Assembly: GCA_044892525.1 (NCBI GenBank)
Contig: CM097887.1
Span: forward strand, 121,870,397 to 121,934,396
Origin: Schmidtea polychroa
Taxonomy: Eukaryota
Length of the DNA stretch: 64,000 nucleotides
Direction of reading: 5' to 3'
Shown here: positions 1 to 13,995 of the stretch, piece by piece
How the letters are laid out: each line of letters starts with the position of its first letter
Position numbering within the stretch: position 1 is the stretch's first letter
The notes under the pieces: model-generated
Database searches by the model: none
What the model was told of the DNA's origin: nothing
Seen by the model: the letters and a program-made list of their open reading frames with translations, nothing else
Position numbers and translations under genes: made by a program

Positions 1-139
1 GCATTTAAAATTCCATAAAAATAAACTGCATTATCCAAATGGCTAAATTATTCAATTTATATTCATATATTAATCTTGTTATAAATATAATTAACTGAAT
101 CTTCTGTTCTTTTAATACAATATACAAAAATCAACTAAC

Positions 140-2752
140 TGTTCTGGCCAACACTCCTGTCGAATCATGGTGGAAACTTGCATGAAAACAGATGGAGGAA
201 GAGCCAGATAAAAAATTCGGTTACTATTATTTTTACCAGTAACTTCGTCAATTAAATTATTAAGAGTTTTGAAATCTTCGGGATTATTATATTTTCCAGA
301 TAAATAATAATTGTTCTTGAAGAACGCTTCCACTTTGTCCTGCTCATCGTCTTTTATCTATAAATTCTTTCATTATTATCTTATTTTTTATTAATTGTTT
401 ATTATTATTTATTTTAATTATTTAATTTTAATTTTAATTAATTTTATTTATTATTATCAATTGTTATTTATTAATTTAATAAATTCGAACAACGATCATT
501 TTAATACAAATTCTGTCAGGAAGTTTACAAAGCACATAAAAAGCTCAGGATGCTGGTGCTATTGTGTTGTTATCATCATTTACATCTGTAATAATCACCA
601 TAAATCTTTGGGATTCATCTCATTGTGGTCTATCCGTTCGCATCTGGTGCAAATAGAAAGCAAAGATCAATATTGAACAAACGAAAGTCTTTAATGAAAA
701 AAATATTAAAATTTAAACTTATAAAAAATAAAGCTGTCTCTATCTCAGAGCGATGTGAACAGTTGGGACTAGGAAATGATAAAATACCGGACATTCTCAA
801 TTGAGAATTGTTGTTCCCAGAAAATCTGAGATTGAATGGAAAAAAATAGATTCATACTTAGAACTAATTAGAACTAACTTTTCAAATAGCGTTTTTGCGC
901 AAAAAAAGTATATATTTAAAAAAAAATTTGCGATATAAAATAAGTTAAATACAGTAAATTTTAGTACAGAATTAAAGTTTTAGCTTCGAATTCAAACCAC
1001 ATTATGTAATTGAGCGTTAGTATAAAATAGGCACAAATGTTTTAGTTGTAAACGCTGTATTGGTATTGCTGTAACTAGCACCTTTGTATGTGTCCAAGTT
1101 AAGACAGCACACATGTAGTATAAATACTTGAAAAAAAGCAAATATTCATAAAAACTAAAAAACACTATAAAATTTATTAGAAGACTTTGGAGACATATAA
1201 TTTATTAATATCAAAAAACTGATTATCCCCCCGGAGGAAGTAATTATATTGTAAGTACATACATGCATCAATAATACAATATTACAACTTTGACATTCAA
1301 ACATACATTACATAATAATAATACTCATTGGAGCATCAAATTTCAAAATCCATTTTTTCATTAATAATTATTGCAACTGTCTTTTCATCTTGCTCAGAAA
1401 CTGCACATTCATTACCTTTTATGTAACGAATAGCATCATTTAAATATCTTCCTTAATTTGAAGGTTGTTCGAAGGCTTTTCGGCATCTTTCTGCATAACT
1501 GTCAATTTCTTCATTGATACCTTCATATAATTTAGCCGCTTCGATTGACACGAATGCTCTTATGAACGATTTTGTAATTGAATTGGAATTTGAGTTAAAT
1601 CAAAGAATCTTCTAAACTTTTCTAAGAAAATATCCAGACTGTGTCCTATGGTAAAGATTTTCGGCGTTGGAATAAAGGCATTTAGTGGATTATTTGTCGT
1701 GGTTGCCATATTAGAAGACTTTGGAGACATCATTTATTAATATAAAAAAACTGATTATTCCTCCGGTGGAAGTAATTATATTTAAGTATCTTGAGCAGGA
1801 TACACACACCTTTGACATTCAGACATACATTACATAACAATCATACATACAAATTCAACATGCAATTATGTTATTTCAAACAGGTATTATTTACATTTAT
1901 CCTACAAAATTTAAATATGAAAAGTGAAAAAATAAGTAATAATTCTCAATTCTTCATCAGGCACACAGCCCTCCCGGGCACACATGGAATAGCGCATTTG
2001 ATATTTTTTCTTCTTTTGATACACTATTAGATTTATGATGCAAAATTACTCTGTAGGTAATCTAAGACAAACCTAAGCTACAATTCTCTATATGAAAACG
2101 TGTAAATGAGATGGCTCAAAATCACAGTTAAATAAATGGGAAATATTATATACCAATAAGTTTTGTATAAAAATCCATCATAAGAAATATATGGCAAAAT
2201 CGTATTGAATCATTATGTAATATATTATATTGATAATATTTCCAACCAATTACTGCTTGCAAATTTGTCATATTATCAATAGAATTTGTTTAACGAAGCA
2301 ATATTAAATGTCAATCATTTGAAAGTTTATATATTCTTTCACGTTTATTGTTATTATATTTAAAAATTAAGATAATATAATAAATATTATGTAACATAAA
2401 TCATGATATAAACTTAAAAAAATTATCTAATTTTATTTATTATGCTTAAATTAATAAACATACGTCCATATTTTCGACTGTTGACTTTCTAATTGTGTCA
2501 ATCGTAATTTTCGATCTTGCATAACCAATAAATTTAGTATCAGGAGATACAAAATTTTGACGATACAAAAACCTGAAAATTTAAAAAAGAAAAATACTTT
2601 TATATTAGTTAAATATATATTACCATAGAGTAGGATATATTTTTTTCTTTGATAAATCCCCCTATAATAATAATTTACATGAATTTAACCATAATAAATT
2701 AAATAATTACTGAAGCTCCCAAAATTATAAATACATCGCACTTTCCAGGCAT
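140..2752 (-). CDS. G6PD: Glucose-6-phosphate 1-dehydrogenase, 5' part (exons 2752-2711, 2661-2624, 2572-2464, 357-140; gene continues off the left edge)
   Basis: Manual splicing at GT/AG sites gives MPGKCDVFIILGAS|GDLSKKKIYPTLW|FLYRQNFVSPDTKFIGYARSKITIDTIRKSTVENMD|IKDDEQDKVEAFFKNNYYLSGKY...NRIFYLALPPSVF. This contains the GASGDL(A/S)KKK, GYAR and YLALPP G6PD motifs, with consistent exon phases. Confidence 0.93.
1177..1850 (-). pseudogene. Decayed gag-like fragment (ATG at 1709, frameshift and stop) flanked by ~140-bp imperfect direct repeats (about 1177-1315 and 1711-1850) inside G6PD intron 3
   Basis: Minus strand reads MATTTNNPLNAFIPTPKIFTIGHSLDIFLEKFRRFFDLTQ..., then in a shifted frame SFIRAFVSIEAAKLYEGINEEIDSYAERCRKAFEQPSN*GRYLNDAIRYIKG, resembling a retrotransposon capsid N-terminus. 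Both repeats begin ttagaagactttggagacat. Confidence 0.4.
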
Positions 2753-5187
2753 TTTGAAGTTGAATAATAATTGTTGAAATTAAATTTAGATATTTAAACA
2801 ACAAACTTTAATTTGAATATTGACTAGATTAGATGGTCTATACTATTACTAAACATTTTAGTTTAATTTTACAAAACCATTGAAGCAAAGCAATTTATAA
2901 GAAGTTTTCATATTATGTTGATGGTGATTATTATATTTAATTGAATGAAAATTCTTTGCTCAAAATTTCTAAAGTTTTATGGACAATCAGCCATTAATAG
3001 AAACATGATATTGAGAAATTAAAGATACCATTGGCCACCTCGAAAGCTTTAAAAAATTAGAAACATCTTAAACTTCAAAACCCTATAATAGATATTTGAT
3101 CTGTGGTCAGGGTTAGCAATGGAAGAGATGCTGAACCAATTTACGAGAATTTGAGTTCAGTTTCCTGTGTTTCTTCAATAACATTAATTAGAATGTAGAG
3201 CGGAATTGGTTGTATATCGGTTCCTGAAATGATTCGTGAATTTTTGTACAAATTTATATAAACAGTTTTAAAAGCAGAAATAAAAAATATTTTTAAAATT
3301 CTCATAAAATATAATCATGATAAAAACAATTGGAATCAACTCTTTAGTGCGTTCAGAAAATGATTTCACTTGTTTGCACAAATTTATTAGATTTTTGGAA
3401 AGAATTGTCCGGGCAAGGCCGGATAGACTTGTGTCGGCAGTTAGTGTCAAGAAATGAATAATAAAAAGAACATAAAAAAATTAAATCGAACATTAAAATT
3501 TAATAACTTAAAAATAACTTCATAATAAACAACCTTACGACAAATATATAAATTCATTAGAACCGAAAACTGAGAGCGTTAACAAAAAGTTTAAAAAATG
3601 AATTTTCAATCGGTATAGCAACTTCGTAAGGAAATATGACCAATAATCATTCTTTTATATTAATAATTATTTTTTTTATTCTTTTATTTTCTAGTTGGTA
3701 GATTTTTTCCAAATGCGTTATTTCTCTCTTAACTATTTCAGTAATTGCAAATTCTTGCGTTCCTCAATTTTATTATATGTGTTTTATTAATTCTCAATGT
3801 GTTGTGTACTTTGTATTATTTGATGTATAATCATAGATTTTAATTCAACTTGGTTCGGTTTTTATGCTATGTATTTCCGACTCATTAAAACAAGCTCTCA
3901 TTTCTTTGACTCTGACCCAACACTTGTTTTTGGGGAATTGTAGAATAGACATGGAAAAGGATGGTTTGGTACGGAAGGCCTCAATGGCCGATAGAAACAA
4001 ATGACGAATACTGGGTACAAATTTCTTATTTATTGATCAAGCAGAAAATGAATTTAGGAACATCCAAAGGATAACTCGCAGAAATAAATATAATACTGGC
4101 TAATGGGAGGCGCTCATCCAATAACGAACTATTTTTTCCCGATTTTATTTATTGGCCAATTAAGCAGACGTTCTCCAAGATTTATGGGTTTTCCTTAAAT
4201 ACAAATTAATCATTTTGGTTTGTGGTTCTTGGTCCTTCTAGGAACCTTTCATCAATTTAAAATTATTTTATACGTCTTGAAAACTTCATTCGCCAACGGC
4301 TACCACTCCCCTCTCACATAAAATATTGATTTCTACTTTTTTCAAATTTTAATTCTTTTTAATTTTGATTTGATTATTTTACATTTGTCATTTCTATTTA
4401 ATCTATTTGTATATCCAAAACAATATTTGGAAAGACCTAGTCATCGATCCGTAATATTGACCCAAACAAACATCCACTAACACAATGTTTAAGGTTTCCA
4501 AAATTGCGTCGATTTTTACCCAAGGGAAAAATTATTGTTGTAGAAAGCTTAGGGTTTGTTACATTATTTGCCATTTATTCAATATACTCATTTCATTGTA
4601 ATAAAATCAGAAAAAATTCAAATTCAAAAATTCACCTTACATTATTTTCCCATTATTTACCTAACAATATTGATTTTGCATTTAAATATTTATTTAGTTT
4701 TAGTTTAAAAAAACAAACTAATTAAATTTCAAAGAGCGCCAAAATAATTTATTTATTTATTTTCGAAAGAGAAAAATATACAATTAGCTCTTTAAAACAA
4801 TAAATAATAATTTTATTTAAAATTTTATTTTAATTTATTTCCCACTGAAAACGATTAAAATTTATTAAAAACGGAAGTTGACATCTCTTGCATGCTTATA
4901 ATGAATAATAATGGGCTGAGTGTTGAACACGATCAGCCGCCTCCAATGATTGCCTTGCTACCAACTGTCGGATGCCCACCTACAGCAGCCGAATGCCCAA
5001 CTAAATGTCACATCGACAGTCACTAATAAGTGATGGATACGGGTTTACTGTATCAATTCCATTATGACATTTTTTCAAAAAATCAACAACAAATCGGCAT
5101 TAAATTAGTAAATCAATAATACGAGTTTTCATTGACACTTATTTCTACTATTTTCAGTTGAAAATTTATGAAGAAAAATCAATTGAA

Positions 5188-8100
5188 ATGATCTACAATC
5201 ATACGTTAATGGCACTGAATTCCAGTGGATTTCCTGGATTCCAATTGAGGCATGGGATAATTCATTTCATTCTCACTCTGGTGATTTTGGAAACTTTTAT
5301 TTTGCTAACAATTATAGGAAATATCCTTGTCATTTTGGCTGTACTTTTGGAAAAGAATTTGAGAGTAAGTAATAATTATAATAATAATGGTAATAATAAA
5401 ATATTAATAACAATAATAATCATAATAAAATATTATTCATAATATGGTACGTGGTGCACTCAATAAATACCCGAAATACCTCATAAAAAATAATAGTGCA
5501 TTGTTTTAGTGAAATCATAATATATTATCTATCTTTACAAATTTATATTTTGTTTAATTATTCAATTGCATAGCAGCGTGAGAAACCACGTTTTAAATTT
5601 ATTTGTCAAATCATCCTGTCGAGTAAAGACGTGAAATTAAATTTTTTGTTTTGCGTGGTCATAACAGTCAGAAAATGTGGAATCAGTTACAGGCAATTTA
5701 TTGTAATATATACCCCTGTCGTACCACAATCTACAATTGGATTAGCGAGCTAAACATTGTAGCCAGTCAGTGTTTGGTGATGAGAAATTTGGACGTCCTT
5801 GTGGAATTACCGAAAAAGAAATGAGTTTTTGTAAATTGTGAAAGTAGAACGCCAAATTACTATCAGGGATATTTCGTAGCGGTTAATTGTAAACATGCCA
5901 TTCTCAATGAATCTGACGTATAAAAATTAACATCCGGGGTTCTTCCACAACTAATGAAAATATCCAAGGCTTGTTCTTGAAATCCCAAAAAAATATCCTC
6001 TGTAACAAATCTCAACAGCACATTCACCAACTAAGTTTAGAGAATGGTAGGCATGTGGAACGAAAAATGCAAACGAATTTATTCCTAAAATATTTGCTTT
6101 TTAACCGTTGTATGTAGGCTTACCAACTCTCCGTTTTTGCAGGGAGTCTCCCGGAATCGGCTTTCGTCTCCCGGTTAACTATGACGCTGGAGATGTAAAT
6201 CTCCCATATTTCCGTTTTTACAATATTTTACAATTTTTCAAGAAAAAGGTGCAGTTTTTGAAGTTTTAACTTTTATTTGATTTCTCTAAAATAATGATAG
6301 TCAAAATTTATTTTTGCTCACAGTAACCGGAAGTTTAAGTTGTTTGTTCGCGGTGAGCGATTTTATGTTTTTCTTCTTAACCACGTTATTAGTCTGTCAC
6401 TGTCAGGTGTTTTTCACTTTAAAAATTTTAATGTTTAAAAACTAGTAACATGTGTAAACCAAAAAAGTGAAAAAACACCTGTTATATTATTTCTTAAGCG
6501 TTATACTATTCGCAATTTTATAATCTCCCGGGTTCGAGATTGTGGGAGTTGGCAACCCTAGTTGTAGGCTCCAAACATATTATTGGTATTGTCACAAGAT
6601 TTTCTTCTGCAATTAATTAAATTTAATTTAAAATGATCAAAAAATCTCAAAAAATTACTTCAAATATTTCGTCCGCCTTATGACCAGCATTCAGAAAACC
6701 TTCCACAATTTTACCGCTAGAAATATCTACAAAATTATTATTAATAATTGGTCAATGCCTAAAATATTGGAATTCGAATCAGCAATTATGGAAAATTACT
6801 TTTCTTTCTTCATATCATTGATTATGTTGTTCATAACTCCTATTTCCATTATTTGAATAAATTCATCGCATATAAATTTTGACATTTATGATGTGTTTCC
6901 AGAATCAAGGTTTTCATTTTTCAAAAAAGGGACTTGCCCTACTTTTAAAACAAATGGCTTATATAACCAACTAAATAAATGATTTACATATCAAATAATA
7001 ATACTAAAATTTTTCTTTCATGTTGTTTAAATGTTCTAACACAGGGAGCAATTAAACAAAAAAACATGAATTATTTTGTCACACATTATAAAATATTTGA
7101 TATTGTTAAAAATAATTATTAGTAAATTTTAAATATTGTGACTCGAAATAATTTAATGTGGAAAGCCATTAGCGGAATTATCATAATACAAACAACTTAG
7201 TGTACTGAATAGAAGTAATTCCTTATTTCGACCCTTTCCCCACCCTTTAAGAAACTTTAGTTCATATAGAATTTCGCTTTTATTAACAAAAACAAGAAAG
7301 ACTATTGGTCTATTTATCTGACCAATGACTGCTCAAATATAATTAAAAATGCGATTTCCGCATAGTGAAAAATATTCTAAATCATTGATCAAAATTAATT
7401 ATTTTAACAATCAAATATGATACTTTTATTATTATAATTTAATCTATTTGTAAATTTAACATCAAAAATTTATAATTCAAGAATCTTTCAAATTATCTGA
7501 TCCTAAGTATGGCGATTACAGATTTGATAGTGGCGATATTTGTAATGAATTTCAGCGCTATTTATGAAATTTCGGACCGGTGGTTTTTGGGTTAGTCTTT
7601 TTTATATGATTTTTGTTTTAAATTCATATCACTTCGAAACATTCAATTTTGAATTACTACATGACTAACTTCCTAATTAAGTCAACCTCACAAACAAACA
7701 GAAATTAAAGGAAAAGATACGTGTTTTTATGTAATGTAAGTGTGACTGTGGAATAAAATGCAACTTTGAACGGCATTACAAAAATAATCACGAGGCAGTC
7801 ATTGATAAAGATTATTCTTTAGCTACGCCCGTGAAAAAAAAACAATTGAAATTTAATTTAGTCTTCAACAATCTACTTTTACAAAAATCATGGATAAAAC
7901 CAAGGCATAATTCAAGAATATCGCATATCACAGATAATAGAAAACGAGAAAAATCTTACAAAGACGGTGATAGGATAAAGAAAGTCCTTAGAAAGAAAGA
8001 AAGAAAGAGAGAAAGAAAGTGGGTTCAAAATGGTCAAAACGTTCTTTATGGATGACCCCTTTAATAAGATTATCGACCCCTGATCTAATAGATTATTTAA

Positions 8101-10051
8101 TTAATTATAATTAAGTATAATTAATTAAACATTTTCAAAAAATTATTAAAACACCCAATTTAATTTTAATCATCAATCGATAAATTTTTTAAATTTTAAA
8201 ACTACGGAATTTAATATATCAATTTAATCATTCATCACTTTTTAAAACAACAACAACATGCGAGCAATTTAACATTCAAACAATTTTAACCCTTTCAATA
8301 CGATTTTTTTATTTTAATAATTCATGTAATATTTATAGCACACGTGTCTACTGTTTGTTAGCAACATCTAAACTGACAAAATTTTATAGAAAAGAAAAAA
8401 AGCAGACAGCAAACAGCAACAAAGCAAACACGTTTAGACTTGTTTACGAGCCTATGACCGTACAGTACTAAAATAGACTATAAAATTCTCTGGGACAATA
8501 TGTCACTACAGTATTGAAAGGTTTAAGGCTTGTTTGATTTTTAAATTTTATTAAAAAGCTTTTAGTAATTATTGAGAACATGTAATTTGTGAAGCTTTGC
8601 TGATAATATCAGTGGATCAGAAAATTAATTTCAGAAAGCTGCGAACACTTGTGTTTTGAATGTTTTTAAATAGATTGGATCTTAAATTGAGTATGTGATT
8701 TGTTGTCGAAGTTTTCAAATGAATAGAACTGTTAAATTTATGTTTCAAAGTCTTTGTAAATTATCGATTGATGATTAAAATTATTTTGGGCGTGAATTAA
8801 ATAATATTTTAGAAACGATTTAATAATTTTCAGAAAATAATTTAAAATATTTAATAATGATAATTTTATAAATTCATTAATTAATCTATAATATCGATTA
8901 TTTTTTTCTATCCTATCTGATGATAGCAGCGATGCTGTCGAAATATATCGAAAAACGGATGTTTGATAATAAATGTTTAATTAATTTAAATTTATCTATA
9001 GTTTCGATGAAAGAATGCATAACGAAATATTTTAGGTATAGCATGGTGTGATTTTTGGATATTTACTGATGTTATGAGTTGCTCAGCATCCATCTTCCAT
9101 TTGGTCACAATAGCTCTAGATCGGTACTGGACCGTCACCAGAATCGAGTATAAACACAATCGCACAATGTCACAATTGATTTTCACAATTCTTTCCATCT
9201 GGATGATTTCTCTTATGATTGCAGTTCCTTCTAGATTTCATTTTCACAGACTAGAAAACCAAATGTTCCAGGAAGTCGTAATAAAAGGACGATGTTTAAT
9301 CAACAGCGGTTATTTCTATACTTTGTTATCAACTATGATTGCATTCTACGCTCCAATGATTTTCATGATGGTAATCTATTGGAAAATATATCAGATAGCT
9401 AAACGGCAAATCAGACGGAAACGGAAGTTCAACTATGAAGTTACTTTCGACTCAAAATACAAATCAATCTGCAGATATTTTCACTGCTGTCAGAGGACAA
9501 CCGAGTCAGAATTCTCTACAACTGGAGACCAATACCTTATCAATAGCAGTGTAAAAAGTAAATACACTTGCAGCATGATGGAGAACACTGTCAGGGATAT
9601 GAAATATGCTGATAACATATCTGTCAATTCTATAAATTCCGAAATCAAATACCAACTGAATATCAACGATGTTCATATTGCAAGGATGAGTAGCCTGTCA
9701 TCTTTGAGAACGTTGAAAGTTTCAGTCATGCCTAACAACTTAACGAAAACGATTGAAGAGCAAAGGCACAAAATCGAGGTGAAACGCGAAAGAAAGGCCA
9801 TAATCACAGTCGGCGTAATTACTTGTTGTTTTATTCTCTGTTGGATGCCGTTTTTTACGTTGACGTTAGTCTTACCATTTTGTGGCAATTATTGTATTGT
9901 TCATCCGATTATTTCTTCATTTTTACTTTGGCTTGGTTATTTGAATTGTCTTCTTAATCCTTTCATTTATACAATATTTTCTCAAGAATTTAGATGTGCT
10001 TTTAAAAACATTTTGACTGGTCATTATTGGAAGAGATGTATTGATAGATAA
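5188..10051 (+). CDS. Biogenic amine GPCR, 5-HT1-like serotonin receptor (exons 5188-5364, 7482-7590, 9036-10051)
   Basis: TM1 GNILVILAV; the TM2 exon found by hand (NLSNYLILSMAITDLIVAIFVM...DRWFLG); TM3 aspartate in FTDVMSCSASIFHL; DRY; CWMPFF; WLGYLNCLLNPFIY. Splice sites are canonical and phases (0, 1) match. Subtype inferred from motif similarity only. Confidence 0.88.
5446..6100 (+). mobile_element. Possible decayed Tc1/mariner-like remnant in receptor intron 1
   Basis: TA-cgtggtgcactcaataaatacccg resembles a mariner-type TIR, and FGDEKFGRP resembles the HTH-linker GRP motif. No matching second TIR was found. Confidence 0.25.
6115..6560. mobile_element. Non-autonomous hAT element (MITE), copy 1
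   Basis: Imperfect TIRs taggcttaccaact / agttggcaacccta; 8-bp flanks gttgtatg / gttgtagg (7 of 8 match, an hAT-type TSD length); homologous copy at 48364-48733. Confidence 0.75.
8500..8975 (+). mobile_element. Penelope-like element 3' remnant (GIY-YIG tail plus pseudo-LTR-like end) in receptor intron 2
   Basis: About 8530-8675 aligns by eye to about 16890-17035 (e.g. gaaaattaat...acttgtgttttga.tgtttttaaata) and is followed by the same hammerhead-like motif. Confidence 0.6.
8917..8949 (+). ncRNA. Hammerhead-ribozyme-like core (probably decayed), Penelope-associated
   Basis: CTGATGA-T-AGCAGC-gat-GCTGTC-GAAA-TATAT-C: intact CUGAUGA and GAAA boxes, a stem II hairpin, a palindromic AUAUAU stem III and an AUC cleavage triplet. 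Stem I is poor. Confidence 0.4.
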
Positions 10052-10492
10052 ACTCTAGAAAAGAATTGGTGATCTTATTTATTTCAATTGTTTTAGATGT
10101 CAAGGTGCAATTTATGAAATTTTATAATCCTTTGTGCAGAAGCTCACGAGACTCATAATGGACAGAAAAATGTTATCCGTTAATGGGCTAGTTTTCACCT
10201 CATTTCAAAGAGGTCGACAGAAAATGTATTTTAATGGAAATGAATACTTACACAATTCATTCGTTAAAAGTGAAGCTCAAGGCGAAGGTGACGAACATAA
10301 TTATGAATAGCATCGCAATATGTTGTTATACATATATTGCGAATTAATATTGACAAATTTAAGTGTAAAAGAATACCCTTCAACAACTATAGTTGAGTGG
10401 TTAAAGGTGGACATTATGTTTAAATATTTATTAACAAAATTCAAACTGGAAAATACACTTGAAAAAAAAATTATGTAATATAGAAAAGGAAT

Positions 10493-11460
10493 CAGGGTTT
10501 CGAACCCTGTAAATTTTTGGTTTGGGTTCGGGTTCAAAGCATTAAAATTTAGTAGGTTCGGTTCGGGCGCAAGTGCAGGTTTGGGTTGAATTTTTTTCTC
10601 AGAAAAAAATTATTTTTTAAAAATAAATAAAAATATTGTTATAAAATGTTTTTTCATTTATTTGATAAAAAATTTTCATTCAAACGTACAAAGAGAATAT
10701 TTTTTAAAGATTCTGCAGAGAGATGTACTCTTTGTGTAGCTTAAACAAATTTCAGTGCAGAAAAGGCTCTCTCAACACTGACTTGAGTTGCCGAAACAGC
10801 TAATATAACCTTGCCAGCTTCAAACAATAGAGGTGTATGAATTTTTTTTTGTTGCCAGAATTCTAAAAATTTTTTTCTTTAGAAATTCTAGGATAGGCTT
10901 CATAAACTTCGAATTCATTTTTAATTGCAATATCTACAGTGGATTTGTTGTTAATATTTATTAATGATGATGTTTTTTATTGCTTTTTAACAGCTCGTCT
11001 AGCATGATTGATTCTTCATCTTCGGAACTAGACATTAAATTTGTGATGTTAGCATTTTCAGTTGTGCTTTCTCTAATACTTTGTGATCCCGTTTCTGATT
11101 CCTTATGTAAATATAATAATCTTTTCACGTTTGTTAAAATGTTGTTCTTAGCGTTGGCAATGTTTTCATCATTTGAAAGCAGTCTAAATCTCGAATCTAA
11201 ATACACGGCAGCATTTAAAATCTAAAATCCTATTTTGGAAAATATATATTGACAACATTTTCATTGTCTCCACGATACCTCTCAACATCATCTTATAACA
11301 TGCAAACTCCGCAAACAGAAACATACAATTAGCTCTTGAACTTCATTACTCAGAAGGCAAATTTTATTTTTAGATACCTTGATAAGTTTTCATATTAATA
11401 TTTGTATTTATAAATATTTATATAAGCAGATAGTCATTCATTTGTTTAATATATAACCTC
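10493..11460 (-). pseudogene. Degenerate hAT transposase, C-terminal part, with terminal region
   Basis: Minus strand AAVYLDSRF (compare AxYLDPRF) and the dimerisation-domain-like segment ILAVSATQVSVERAFSALKFV*ATQRVHLSAESLKNILFVRL with an internal stop; GGTTCGG-type subterminal repeats at about 10525-10590. Confidence 0.65.
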
Positions 11461-13866
11461 TTCTAAACAANNNNNNNNNNNNNNNNNNNNNNNNNNNNNN
11501 NNNNNNNNNNNNNNNNNNNNNNNNNNNNNNNNNNNNNNNNNNNNNNNNNNNNNNNNNNNNNNNNNNNNNNNNNNNNNNNNNNNNNNNNNNNNNNNNNNNN
11601 NNNNNNNNNNNNNNNNNNNNNNNNNNNNNNNNNNNNNNNNNNNNNNNNNNNNNNNNNNNNNNNNNNNNNNNNNNNNNNNNNNNNNNNNNNNAATATCATA
11701 AATAATTTTTATTTTTATTTATTACTGCTAATTTGTAAGTAGAACTAAAACTAATAATTTTGCATAATTGTCTCCGATTTGATACTTCTGAGAAAGCAAT
11801 TTAGATAAAACCTGTTTGATGTAACAATTAATCCGAAAAGGTTTTTATTAAGATCTGTAATTAATTGACATTTTAATTGATTATAAACTTTGTAATTCAC
11901 ATATTTTCTATAAATTTATCAGAAAAAATGCAAAAAATTGATTTTTTAGGAAATAATTTATGAATTTGGATTCACTTGAGAAAATTATTTAATCAAACCG
12001 CCAAATTTTCAAGTATAAAATGAAACTAAGATGTCGTAGAAATTCTCCGAAAGGAGAAATCATGAAATTCAATATTATTGCGTCGAATTTTGAGGAGAAA
12101 TTTATATTCACTCTTGGTCAATTTCTTGAAATAAATTTACGCCGTCTCACAGGAATCTATTTCGAGACAATATCATTAAAAGCTGTCTTAAAACTTCATA
12201 ACAGTCTCCAAGAGATTGAAGGGGCATAATTGTGAAAATTATTATGCTAATGCAGCAAGCGATTATTAGAAGAATTTAAATGAAATTTGAAGAGAATTCA
12301 TTTGGCATTTTAATTTAATTTTTTGTTTGTTGAATCAAGTCGAAAGGACTTTGTTAAANNNNNNNNNNNNNNNNNNNNNNNNNNNNNNNNNNNNNNNNNN
12401 NNNNNNNNNNNNNNNNNNNNNNNNNNNNNNNNNNNNNNNNNNNNNNNNNNNNNNNNNNNNNNNNNNNNNNNNNNNNNNNNNNNNNNNNNNNNNNNNNNNN
12501 NNNNNNNNNNNNNNNNNNNNNNNNNNNNNNNNNNNNNNNNNNNNNNNNNNNNNNNNNNNNNNNNNNNNNNNNNNNNNNNNNNNNNNNNNNNNNNNNNNNN
12601 NNNNNNNNNNNNNNNNNNNNNNNNNNNNNNNNNNNNNNNNNNNNNNNNNTCATTTATTAAAACAAAATCTTAATATTTAATAAAAGGTCATTTTTGCTTA
12701 TTTTACATTTTCGTTATTCCTCCTACTATTCAGATAAAATTTCGCAAGCAAAATTTCACAAACATACAAAATGAATTTTAGACATATTTTTAGTGTATCC
12801 AATATGAATACAGAATTTCAAAATATTTCCCGTTTATCAATGGGACAGATTGTACGAGAACGAAATTTTCATTTTCGAAATTTATCTGCTACCTGCTGCA
12901 CTGCATTTGCAACTGGATGTAGACTGATAGGACATCTCGGTCTTGGTAATGGATTCAGTTGTCGTTGTCGTTGTTTTTGTCGACAGTTTTCCCTGTTCTG
13001 TCATCACTTCGATCTTGAATACACAATGGTTCTCGGTGAACTTGCACTGTTTGTTGTGATAATATCAAATCGTTGCTGGCTTGAAAAGAAATTGAAATAA
13101 TTTTTCCAAGACTAATTTAATCATTTCCATTATTAATTTATTGTCCAAATTCGTATTTCTCAACCCAACCATTCATTCATCTTCATTAAATATTAATCGA
13201 GTATTCAAATTTCTTTTTCTTGTAAGATACTTTCGTTTTTTTAATAAATTAATAAATAAATTAATAAATACAGAATATTTATAATAAATTTTAAACTTGT
13301 GAAGCATGAGATTATCAGTTTAGCAATTAAATTTGTCTAGGCTGACCATTTTCCTTGGGCAATATGGAACCGAAAAAATATAATTTAAAATTGTTTTCAC
13401 TAGTAAGTACTGTAATTGTTATTATTAGTTCAACTGTCGAAAAAGATTAATAAATGTTAACTTAACACGTTGTCGATCGATCTGAGAGATCTCCGCATTT
13501 GGTAATATATTGTAACACAGTACTGTATAAATGGTTTTCAGGATATTTCTAATATATTTTTATCCGCTTTGCTCGGTTCGCTCCTTCACTCAAATTAAAT
13601 TATCACAACATTTTTTTATTTATTTTTTTTAAACTTCAAAGAGAAAGACATTATATTCGGCAGATATGAAAAAACACAAACTTGTTCCAATTGTTACCAG
13701 AGTTAAGAAAAAATAAAAAGTTGAAAAATAAAATAAAAAAAGTAGTGGCATACCACCATTGCACAAACTTACATGTTTTCGGCGATATCACACATTCAAA
13801 AAATAATAATTTTTATTTCATTTGACTAAAATACAAGAATATTAATTATCGCATCATTATTTGAAA

Positions 13867-13995
13867 TATTTATTAAGAAAGCTTGACTATGAATCAGTAA
13901 ATATATCGATGTTTTTGATATATTTACTGATTCATGTTGAAGCTTTCTTAATAAATACTATGGAAAAGAAATCAGTGGTGAAATTTGGAAAAAAA
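13867..13995. repeat. Foldback/palindromic dispersed repeat, copy A (~90-bp hairpin plus aaatcagtggtgaaatt tail)
   Basis: tatttattaagaaagctt...tgaatcagtaaatatatc / gatatatttactgattca...aagctttcttaataaata form inverted arms; the family motif is shared with the copies at about 16.0, 19.7, 32.9 and 40.5 kb. Confidence 0.7.

Noticed and set aside
395-880. ORF 395-676 and nearby coding-looking patches in the G6PD intron
   Set aside because: Low-complexity I/N/F composition; no frame gave a recognisable protein.
2980-4330. Short GC-richer patches and ORF 3268-3450 between G6PD and the receptor
   Set aside because: Could be small exons or TE debris, but no consistent splice chain or motif could be built.
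12771-13100. ORF 12771-13100 and its reverse frames; similar isolated exon-like patches at about 18.9, 20.4 and 30.6 kb
   Set aside because: No motif, stops in the plausible frames, and they cannot be linked into a gene without RNA data.
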